NCBI RefSeq assembly: GCF_040938485.1
Contig: NW_027270890.1
Coordinates: forward strand, 2,976,001-3,040,000
From: Diadema antillarum
Lineage: Eukaryota
Direction of reading: 5' to 3'
Length of the DNA stretch: 64,000 bases
Positions 48,301 through 60,300 of this stretch are shown one piece after another. The notes below the pieces were generated by a model that was not told the DNA's origin, did not search any database, and was given only the letters and a program-made list of their open reading frames with translations. Positions within the stretch are counted from its first letter, which is position 1, and each line of letters begins with the position of its first letter. The translations under genes were made by a program, and so were the position numbers.

Positions 48301-51300
48301 TTTTACCTAACGCCAGAACGTTTCGAAACTGGACTGACAATGAAATTTAAAACCGCCATATTTCTGAAACTATTGACTGTTTTGAATTGAGTTCTACACA
48401 ACATATATCAAGAAATGTTTGCTCTTTCGTGTCATGCAGTCAGTTTGCCACAATATCTATCTGAATCTGAAATACTGCAAAAATATTTGATACATCAAAA
48501 AAATTATTAGAAATTTGTGTGTAGTATGGAAAAAAAAGAGTCAGTCTTGTTTTTTCTTCAATGGAACGCTCCCTTGACTCTGTGAGAAAGTTTTAGAGCA
48601 ACATTTCCTCTTTCAAATGATAACAAAATTGCCTTCTAGAATTGTATGATTCCAAAGATACTAGCAGTTTATTTTGTCTTAGCAATTTCTCTTTCTGCCT
48701 CAGTAATTCATTCCCAAATCTGAGTCCTTTACTCCCAGATCCTGTATTTGAAACTAAAGTAATTGTCCCGGGCCCTGGAATAGTGTCTTTTGTCCACCTG
48801 AGAAGGAAGAACCTGCTAATCCTCCTTTTGTCTACGCGGACTGCGGGCGGGCGTACTCTATTGAAATCGGCAGGCCTTTGTCCACGCGCAATTCCTATGC
48901 TAGCGTGGGGACGATTAGTGACGTTCACCAAAACAAAAGGATGAAAGACTTGACCGACGAACGAAAGCTGACCCTCTTTGAAGGACAAAATCAAAGCAGC
49001 TTCCCGCAGGACAGCGTCCAAGCAGAACAATGCGAGTGGAACCGCATAGACAATACACGCAGAGTCAGTAGCATACACACGCGTGGTTTACCTATGAGAC
49101 ATTTGATCCATACACATCTCGCAGAGGGTGCGCCCGCTGCGGATTTTCCCGATGTGAAAAAAATACATCTAGCTGAAAAATCGTGTATTTACTCAAAATT
49201 TTCCTATGTAAGCATGCTCATATTTTTAGTGGAAACGATGGCTATGCTAATCAGCTACCAGTACATATCATTGGCAGTTGCTTGGTGTAACACATTACGG
49301 TACCACAAGAACTTAAATGATCAATGCTTTTCACGCTGTTTTTAGTCGCCGATCGGCGACCATGGCACGTCAGGACTAAGGTCGCCGTTTGGCGACCATG
49401 GCACGTTAAGAGTTAAACAATCTTTACAATAAGCTATACTTTGTTTTGACTCTCTTCTCTTTGCAAAGGAGCTGTAACATTCTGGTGGTACCACTGGTAC
49501 TTGTCCTGATGAATATTCACTAATTAAGTCACTGGAATGGATATCCGATTTGGTTGTAAGCTGGCTGACCACTATACTTACCTCCAACCTGGCAGAAGCT
49601 GCCCATGTAGCCCTCTGGACACTCACACATCCCCCTCACACAGGTGCCTCCATTAATACAGGGTTGACTGCACTGGGCCGCTAGGGATTCCAGTGGGGGG
49701 TAAAAAGGGAGGGTAAGAAATGTTTGATACTTTGGGAAGTTCCTTTGGCACATAAATATTCATTTCAAAAATCAAATCCGATCAGACTTTACTTCACCTT
49801 TTACCCATCTACTAACCCCTTCCATACAAGAGTTTGATATCTTTATAGACTTTGCACAGAGCTGACAATGATTCAGTAAGCAGTGTGTTAATGGAGCACC
49901 ACAGGTCATCAATGTTTGTAGTATAAAATGATATTACGAAATGAAATACAAATATGTTGATAATGTTGACCTAGCTTTAGGAGCAAAAGGTGCATTTTTT
50001 TTTCAATACTATCAAAATAGATATCTCTTATGCTGAATGTGAGTATATCCTACAACAAACATTCATTTCAGAGTGAAAAGAAAATATTGATTATTTCAGG
50101 GTTTGAAAGAAAAACTAGACATGGAAAAAAAAAAACTTTGTGGATCAGATTTATAACCATACATTTGCTTGGTGTAAATGGTGGACAAGTGTATGGAAAT
50201 GTAGTCAAACAAAATATCCCAATCAGCATCTACTACACTACAATGTATAGCAGCACAATTCAAGTGTTGATAGGGACGTAGTGGCTGAATCTGTGAGAGA
50301 TCTCTGCTTAATCTCCTAAAGAACTTGCTCTTGAGTTTCTACAATACACATACCAGCCCTACATCACATGCATGTACATATCTTTTACACTATCTTTGCG
50401 TGTGTACATTGTGAGCTCAATTACTTACGTTGGACCTGGATGTCAAACTGGGTTGTGACAGGGCCCACGTTGCAGACATAGGGGCCTGAGTCCATGACCT
50501 GAAGGTCATTAATGACCAGCCGGGTCGCCTTGCGGTCAATGACCTCCGATGTGAAGTGACTTGTGCCAACTAAAATGTGATAAGTGGTCATAGAACATAC
50601 AAACATAAATGCTCATCTCTAAACTTTATAAACTATTTATGATCTTGTGGTTGAATATGGCTGCTGCACAAGATTAATGTTTCCAATGTCCTGGCGTAGA
50701 ATGCAACACAAGACCATTGCCCTTAGATTAGCGGATAAAGAATGTGAACTCTATTCCTTTTCACTTTCTTCCTTAGCAACCTCTTTAAAGAACTCCAGGA
50801 ATGTACAATGAATGTGGTATTTACAATCCTCAAATTACAAAACTTGAAGTAATACTGCAGAGATTACTCACATCTTCACACATGGTTTACACACTAAGGC
50901 TTTACAACGATCCACATTTCTCTGTGAATACTTAACCAAATTGAATGGGGTTTTCTGCAAAATAGAGCTAAGATGTTATATTTTAAGACCCTGAAGTAGC
51001 ATTTAGACAGTTTAATCATATTGGAAGTTGTCAGTGCAGAAATCTGGTTGTAATTATTTTGGGGACATACTGTACAGTAGCACAAATGTGATGAACAGAT
51101 AAAAAGAAGAGTTGAATCTTACTTTGGGAGACGGGGACACCGTAGGGGTCGTACCAGATGGGATTGTCGTATGGAGAGGACGGATCCACCTCACAGATGA
51201 AGCTCACACTGTCACCGGTCCTTGGCAACGATGGCAAGGTCTGGTTGATGGACACCACAAAGTCTGCAGACAAGAAAAGATAATTGCTTCATCACATACG

Positions 51301-54300
51301 TAGAATCATATCACTGTATACATTTTGTTTCATTTCCATCTGAGAAGATCTGGATAGCCCATATTCAGTTGCAATGGCTACGTCTTCCATGGGATCCAGG
51401 TGGGTATGAGGCGGGACCGCTTCACTGGGTTAAACACTGCTCTTTGCAATGAATGAATGAAGCAGGATCTTTTATGTGCATGAGTTGTGGCTCTCTCACA
51501 CACAGGACCTCCAGTTAATGTCCTATCCTAGGGACAGAGCGTTTTGCCTCTTAACAGAGGGGACGGTATGATTACACACAACATATCTTAGCGGGACCTG
51601 AGAATTGAACCGGGGTCCTTTGGATTGTGGGGCAGATGCACTACCGATTGTGCTAAAAGTATATTAACTAATCACACAGAGAACATATATTTGCATGCAC
51701 ACTTTTTTTGTGATAATACCCTATCATATCTGTTTTGTCTTGATTTGACAATCACTTTCTGAAATGTGTATAAGTGATAACAGTACAGTCTTTTCAAGAA
51801 AAATATTGTCAGCCTGTCATAAATGTGGAACAAGGATATTTTGGGAAAAAAGATAAAAACACTACAAACTTACAATTGCTGCATCAGATTGACTATTCAA
51901 AACATATGAGCAGTATAGCAGCAGAGTAGAATTCAACATGTGTAGCTTTCAAATTTTGAAGTCATTATATGCAACAGAAACAGCATATTGGGACCTCACA
52001 TGTTGACTGTTGTTAATGCTGGTAAATCCACACTCACACATTCACAGACAGCATGTGGGGATCATGTATGATATCGAACTTGAATTTACGTCATCTGAAC
52101 ACAAAGCTGAAGGAATGAAGAGGACGCTACTCACTTGGCGTTTCACACTGTTCACCTACGAAACCCTCCTGACATTCACAGGCACCGTTCACACAGCGGC
52201 CGCCATAGAAACACGGCCTCTCGCATGGGATGGCTGGAAGATGAGTAGAAACAAAAATACTTCCAAGTTCTTCTTTTTGGAAATCATTTTACATGTTTAG
52301 CAGATACAAGACAAATCATTCATTGATGTAAGTACATTTGATTATTCAGTATTTCTTAGGAATGGCCATGACAAAAATCACGGGGGTACATATAGATTAA
52401 AATATACTACAACTACGGATACAAAGAACATAGAAAGAAACAAGGGAATACTACCCTATTCTCAACAAAATATCACTGGTACCAAGAAGTTAACCCATTG
52501 AGGATGAGCTGATTTTGCTATAACATGCGTTTCCCATACTCGGGACTGGACTTTAACCAGTTGAGGATGAGTCCCGAGTATACTCGGGCAAGCGTCTATG
52601 GGAAATGCGCATTGTAGCAAAATCAAACCGTCCTCAATGGGTTATCGGGTTAAAAAAAAAGAAAAGATCAAACCAGGATATTCTTAGAAGTCTTTTCACT
52701 CACGTTCAGCCAGGACCGTGAATCTCTTCTCCACAGGACCAACCTTACAGACGTACATCCCAGCGTCAGTGAGCCTCAGATCATTGATAAAGAGACGGGT
52801 GGCGTATGGAGTGAGAGGTTCCATGTGCACGTGGGAGTTACCTCCTGGTGGTTGTCATGGAAACACAAACGACAAATGCCATCAAAGGTAAATGTCTATG
52901 AAAAATTTTGATCGTGATTTGATATCTGATTCTCGTTACTATAGTGTGGAAATGCTACTATTTTACTCCATGGTTTATCGGAAAACATAATGGAAATGAC
53001 TTAACTCTTGATGTTTTTGTTTGACAAAAAAAAAAGTTACTACTGTCTTTTCATTTCTGTAAGCTGTGGTGAGTGTATGCACCCGATATGTTCACTGAAA
53101 AAAAAATGATGATAATCATTATAGATGATAGAGTATTTTATCCATATGAAATGTAACTGTACAATGATATAGAAGGGTTACAATAGCAAATAATTTTCAA
53201 CACAGATGCATTTTATATTCACGTTGAGATTCATAGAGGTGATAGAACAAAAGAAATGATCCAAAGACTTGATTACCATGAGATAAGCAGGAATCTGTAC
53301 AAAAGAGATCTATTCTGAACAAGAGGAAGAAAAATGGCTCTGCTACCCACCTTCATTTAGTGACTCTATGATAGCGCCCTCTCTGTCGAGCCAGACTGGG
53401 ATGCCATAGGGATTCTCACGGGACACCTCACAGACAAAGGACTGGTTCTGACCAACAATGGGAACCTGGCCCTCTGGCTCTGTCACCAAGATGAAACTGT
53501 TGTCTGCAAAATGAGGACAAAAAATAAAATAAACAACCCCACATATAATGTATTTGGTGACACATGTTTTAGGAGGCATCAAAAACTCAAAATGCAAATC
53601 ACACATCCAATTCAATTCAAATGAATAGAATTGTGTTGAATGTGTGATTTGTATTTTGATGTTTTTTTATTGACTGATTTTCTCCTGGGAATTACAAAGC
53701 TTCTTAAATCTGATATCTGAATTTGTACTGAATTTCACTTTTGATGCGTATGGATCTTGTGAATCTTTAATGAGTTTCAGTATCTCTCTTTGCCTGAAGG
53801 TCTTCGATAGTTTTATTAGAAAATGAAATTCATACACGTTAAAATCAGAAACCATGGCAACTAATGCTGGTTTCAAAGCATCAAGAAATGGGAGTGAAGG
53901 GTTAGATCTCTCCCACTGAGCAACATACAATATAAAAATCTTATAAATGGCATACCTCTGAAAGCGAACTTTGATTTCCTTTTCAGACTCAGTGTTGTCT
54001 TCGGTCAAAGCAACTTTGTTGAATTTTTGGCACTGAGAGCGCTCCACTGGTACAAATTATGTGGTCATTAATGAATGAATACCTGGAATATATATCTATC
54101 TACTTCACTAGAACTCGGAAAATAGATGGTTTAAAAACATTTATCTTTATTGCAGTTTACTTCTACTTCTACGTCTACGTCTACGTCTACGTCTACGTCT
54201 ACGTCTACGTCTACATCTACTTCTACTTCTACAGTGCTTCTCATCAAAGCCTGTTCAGCAACTAGACTTACAGATATCCTGATTAACAGAAATTGATAAA

Positions 54301-57300
54301 TGTTCATCAATTATATCGTGATGAAATTGGTTAAAAGTAAGAATAGAGTATGATACCTGGCATGTTGCACTGGATCCCTGTCAGACCTACAGGACACTCA
54401 CACCGACCGTCAGTACACACTCCATTGATGCATGGTGGATAACATGCTGGAGCTGAGAGAAAGAGAGATGGACATAAAGACAGGACGACAGAAAGAAAAA
54501 TTGATATTAGTCTAATGTGCATTTGTATCATATCAGAAGACAACAATTCTTGCATAAAACAGAGCAAGCACACATGGCTTCACCAAACGTTTGAATGGTT
54601 TCTACTTTAACACATTGAAGACAAGTCCTGAGAATACTTGGACAGTTGTCTATGGGAAATGTGTGTTACAGCAAAATCAGTTTGTCCTCAAGTTAAAAAC
54701 TGCATAATCCAAAAAATAAATATTTTGGAAACCTATTAGAAATAACCAAATGCATCTCTTAATCACTTGAAGAGCTGGTTTGCAAAAACCGATAAGTCCA
54801 TTTTTGAAGATTTTGAAGTAAGATCTCTGTCATAAAGTACAAAATAATACCTTTAAAATGATATTTTGGTCACTACATATAGAGGTACATTTTTGAAGTT
54901 ATGGTCTAAAGAAGCGAAAAAAAAAATCTTATTATTCTCTTTATTTTTCTTGACCTTTAATCGCAAGTATCTCCATTTGGCAAATATGGACTTATCGGTT
55001 TTTGCAAACAACCTCTTCACTTATGACCAAATGAATTGGAGAAACAGGTAAAGCCAAAGAAAGGAATGAATGACATGGAGAAGCAAAGTAAATTCCCTGC
55101 AAAAGAAAAAACACAAGAAAGGGCTTGGCAAAGAAGTAGAAATAAAGGAATATGTGAATTTGCAAATAAGAAAATCCCTTTACAGACATTAAAAGATGTG
55201 TTCTATGGAACTAGGGATGAAGGAAAAAGTAAACAGACCAAGAAATGCATCATAGGCTGATAATAATAATAATTGTTTTGGATATAAACTCCAAATTTTA
55301 TTGTCCAAGAATGGAAATTCTTTTTGCCCAATTGATCGTGGGCCCAGCAGCCACTGAGCAGCGCCAGATCGACGTTGCTCTAACCTTTTCAACTGTTGAA
55401 CGGCAAACAAGGTAGCAGCAACTCCCATCTTTTAACGTCTTTTGGTATGACGCGGCCGGGGTTTGAACCCACAACCTCCCGATTGTGAGGGCAGCCGCTC
55501 TACTCACTGAGCCAACACATAGCCAGAAGGACATTTAAACTTCTCAAAATCCTAAGTTTGATACAAACATGGGAGTTTGACAGACCTGCAAAGGTGATGT
55601 TGAAGAGCTTGGAGAACGGTCCCACTCTGCAGGTGTAGGTGCCGGTGTCATGGAAATGGGCATCAACAAAGTGGAGCTGGGTAGCAAAGGGTGTGATGTC
55701 CTCAGTGAAGGGACTACTTCTTCTTCCTGGGTTGGGAATGGGAGAGATGGAGGAAGTAGGAGAGAGATAGAGATGGAAAGAGAGATAAATTGAGTAGGAG
55801 AGAGAAAGAGACACAGAGAAATAAAGATATCTTTATACCTAGCAATGTAAATACATGCTACATAGATTTTTTCCATTTAATTATGCAGGCAACATGAATA
55901 TCAAATCCAGAAGAAAAGATAAACATATATTCACATATAGACATAGAGAAATATAAAGACGGATCGACAGAGAGAGGAATATTCTTTTTCATCCCAAGAA
56001 TACTGTAATGAATTTCACTAGTAAGAGTTGTATTCAACATACATACAAATGTAGTACAATTTGTACACCCACTCCTGTTTAATCCAAGTTTTTTTGTTCA
56101 TTTCTCCTTTAATTAATGCATTATGCTTATAATAAATACTTGGTTTATTCATTAACAATTTAACAACTTTCATGATGAGACTGTGATATTACATTTTAAT
56201 TTAGAGCTGGCATTCATGCTATCTTTCTTCTTTTGCTATTGTAAGTTTGTATCCAAATACAACTTTATATCACAAAGTATACTTGTAGGCACAGGTAGAT
56301 TAATTCAAAGGTCTTGTTCTTGGCAATGTAAGGCTGCACTAATATTGTTACTTTCATAGTGTTGTTCTGTTCTTCAATGTTTTCCTCTGTTGTTTGCAAA
56401 AACTTCAATAAAGCTACAATGTACTACTCTAAACTACTGTAAACGCCATATATTTAGCGAATAGGGACTTCTCGACGATTTCGCGAGTGGTAAAATTTGC
56501 GATCGTGGAGTACTGTACTGAACAGAGAAATGTACATGTGCGTCACATTCATATCGGGATCAGAGTCATTATTTTGGCGTGTCTTTAATTTCGCGAACAG
56601 CACCTGACTCTCGAAATTCGCGAAAATAAAAACCTCGCGATATATTTGGCGTATACAGTATATGTCCCCACCTAGATTGACAGCTGAGATCTCCTGTCCA
56701 GCAGGGTCCAGCCAGCGGGGTGACCCATAGGAGCTGCTCTCTGGGACCTCACACAGGAAGGTGGCATTACCCATGACTTCAGGGACTTGTCCAATCGGCT
56801 CTCCGATGACAATGAAATCTGACGCTGTGAGAGCAAAGCAATAGAGAACGTCATGTAAAAGTGTGATGGTTTGTCTACAGGAAATGGTGTAAAACATGAA
56901 TCTGAAGCCACAACGAACTCATGTAATTGCTACACCATGAAGAGACAGATGATCCTTTAAATAATATCACAGAGGATAGAAAAGACAAAGCAATTTAATG
57001 AAATCCCGATTACTAGAAAATTATTGTATCTGTACCTCTTCGACATCAAGTTACAGTGCAAAGTTTTTGCAAGAATAGCATGAATTACCACTGTATAGCA
57101 GCATGTATCCACACACTCTGGGTTGAAGTACAAGATGTAGAATGTTACAAAGTCATTGCAGTATTTGTTTTTTAATCATATGCTCATATTTCCAATATTG
57201 TATCACGCACGGCAAATATCTTGCACATTTGTCATAATAAAGATTACCTTGTTCTGAGCATGTCTCTCCTGTGTAGCCTTCATTGCACAGACATTCTCCC

Positions 57301-60300
57301 TCAATGCAGGTTCCTCCATTCTCACAGGCGGGGGTGCACTCCAACTCTGAAGGAGGGACAGGCACAGATGTTAAACTAGCTCATTATACTAACTTGTTGA
57401 TTCTCTTCCAAACACACTTTACAGCCATGCTTAAACTGTACATTTTGTACATGTACTTCTTTCAATGTACAACAACAGAATGTGCTCGCCATCTGTAGCA
57501 CACTCTGACTCATAAGGGATAAAAGATTACAGAGAAATTTTGTTTCTACAACAGTAAAAATTCATGTCTCGAAATACTGTTATTTAAATCGATGGTGCAT
57601 CATTCCCTTTGGTTACAATAAAGTTTCAATATGGCGAAAGAAAACTACCAGTCCCAAAGACTTTGCTAGTGGGAGTCTCCTGTATTATTCAACATGAATA
57701 GAATACCTCATAGCACTAAATAAAACATATTTTTGTATGTGTTTTACTTCCATATCTGTGGCAGTGAGCAAAGGGCGGGAGAATGGTTAATATGTTTCTT
57801 ACCTGCGAACTCAACATTGATGTACTCCACGTCGGGACCTCCGGTGCAGTAGTAGATTCCGAGGTCGTCGCTCTGCAGATCGGTGATCACCAGCTCGGAG
57901 CTCATGTCATTCACTACATCGACGTACATGCCTTGGGAGATTAAAAATGGATTATGAATGGGGAGTTATTATCATTAGTAATGACAATAACATCTTTCTT
58001 TTTAACTGTAACTTTTCCCCTGGCAGCACTACCATTCTAGAGCCATTGGTATGACAGCTGTACTGCAACTCTACCAATTTATACCAGGATCAAAGAGAAT
58101 ATGGGGGGTAAAACATTTTGCCCACCAGCCATAACTCCACAAGAGAGTATCAACTTTTTGAGTCACATCTGCACTGTATTATGCCCTATGTTGTGGTGAT
58201 CATGGTTTAACATTGACTGTTGATAATAATCATACATTGTAGTTATATCATGATTCAAAATGGAGTACTTGTCACTTTAGCTAAGAGCTCAATGATGATA
58301 ATAAATTGTTATCATAATGTCATAATAACAGAAATAATAACAGAAATAATAAGTACAACAACAATGAGATTACGTACCAACTAAAGAATGACACTGGGAA
58401 AAAAGGAAAGGAATACACAATGTAAATTCAAAAATAAAATCTATTTCAACAAAAGTGGTTCCTGATGCCAGATTACCACGTATACCAACATCATGCACTA
58501 TGTTCATACAAATTACAAAGTGTAGCACTATGTTCCATCTTTTGCAGACAATCCCTAATGAAAGTACTGTTAACTTCGAAAATTCAAAGTCTGATATACA
58601 TACCTCCTTGTTGGGCAGGATCGATGAGCTGGCCATTGCGGAACCATTGAGGGCGCTGCACAAAGTGGTCTCCTTGCTTGACGTTGCAGCGATACCTGAC
58701 CGTGGTCCCAGGGTTGGGAAGCTGGCCCAAGTCGGTACTAATTGACACATAGCCATCAGCTGGAATACAGATAACACAGAAAAAGTGATGTCATAAATAA
58801 AGTTTTATCGCAAACTGAGCTAAATGAATTCTTCTTAAGTTGAGATATTTGTGATTAAAGCTGCAAAAAAACAAGGAAAACAATAAGAAAATACAAGATA
58901 TATCTAATAATAACTTCAAGAACATTCCTTGTTATGTTACAAGTGAGGTATTACTGGAAAGGTAAAATTTTGCGCTATCTGATGATGGACTTACTTTGAA
59001 ATGTTTAAAAATGGCGCTTAGACCATTTTGCGATAAAAATCTTCAAGGTCCTAGGTCTTCTAGGTTCCTTTACTCTATAACAATTGTTACTTGCAATCAT
59101 TTCAAGAAACTTTAGCCACAGCTATAAGCAACAGACAGTCAGCTAGTCTAGTACTTCTAGTCGGCTGCAGCAAGCCACAATGCACCAACTCATCAGGCTT
59201 GCACTCAGCTTTTCCTGAGGTTGAGTCTCTAATGACATAGGAATTAATAAGTTATGTTTCTCTCACAGATGGAATGGGACAGGAGCTCATTTCTATAGGA
59301 TAGATAACCACAGATAGCAAAGAAAAAGTGATGTCTACACAGAAAAAGTGACATATATCCTATCTACACATTTTGCCTATTACAGAGGGGATGGTATAAT
59401 AACTTTATTGCCCAGCTCCTTTCAATGGGTCTAGAATCTGAGACTATCCGATAGCATAGCAGACATGATATTGATTTCATCTAATCATTGCCATAGACAG
59501 TTAGTTCTGAATGAAGATAATACGTTGTTGCCATTGTAATTAATCAGTAGTTGCGGATCCACAAGAAATCTGACCTGGAACTTTGCACTCTGACCCGACC
59601 CAGTCCGCCGTACACTGGCACTCTCCGTTCACACAGGTTCCATTGTTTCGACAAACTGGTACACAGTCTGGTTCTGTGTGGAATAGATAGGCATGGAAAA
59701 AAGGGGAAAATTGATCTCTTTTCTGGATATAAATGTCCTTTCAATGAAAAAACTTCTGCATAATTATGATTACCATACAGACATCAAAAATATTTCAGTC
59801 TGGATCAATGCTTGCCATTACAGCATACGGCAATAACATGTATTATGCTCCATGAATCAATGCAGCACTCTGCAGCTGTATGGGTATGTTTACATCTCTT
59901 TCTAATATCAAAATAAAACCAGATTTTTGGCCTTTTTCCATTAAGCCTACCAAGTACTTATTGGTCCTTCACAATGAATAACTTTCCTGCATGCTTGTCA
60001 AGTTGAAAGGGGTTACCTTTTTACTGTGAAAATTAATGAAATGAAATGAAATATTTTTTAATGTGGAGTAGAGTATATTACTATTGTAGTATCTGCAATA
60101 TAAAAATCTAATTATCCATATACTATAATATCATTATGTACAATGCAGACAAAAGCATGACTGTGTAAACACCCCTCCCCCTGCCCTACCCTATTTCTAA
60201 CGATATTCGAAGAGTAGGTCTGATATCGGAAATGATGGCCATGTATGTTTGGTTTTAATCTAATTTTACCTTCTCCTGCAACAAGCACCATGACAGTGGT

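Noticed and set aside
48593-49345. 161-aa and 155-aa ORFs in the piggyBac-like element
   Set aside because: No transposase motifs; overlapping opposite-strand ORFs of a GC-richer TE interior.
53667-54047. 126-aa ORF in the EGF4/Ig4 intron
   Set aside because: No recognisable motif, GTG start, AT-rich, no fitting splice signals.
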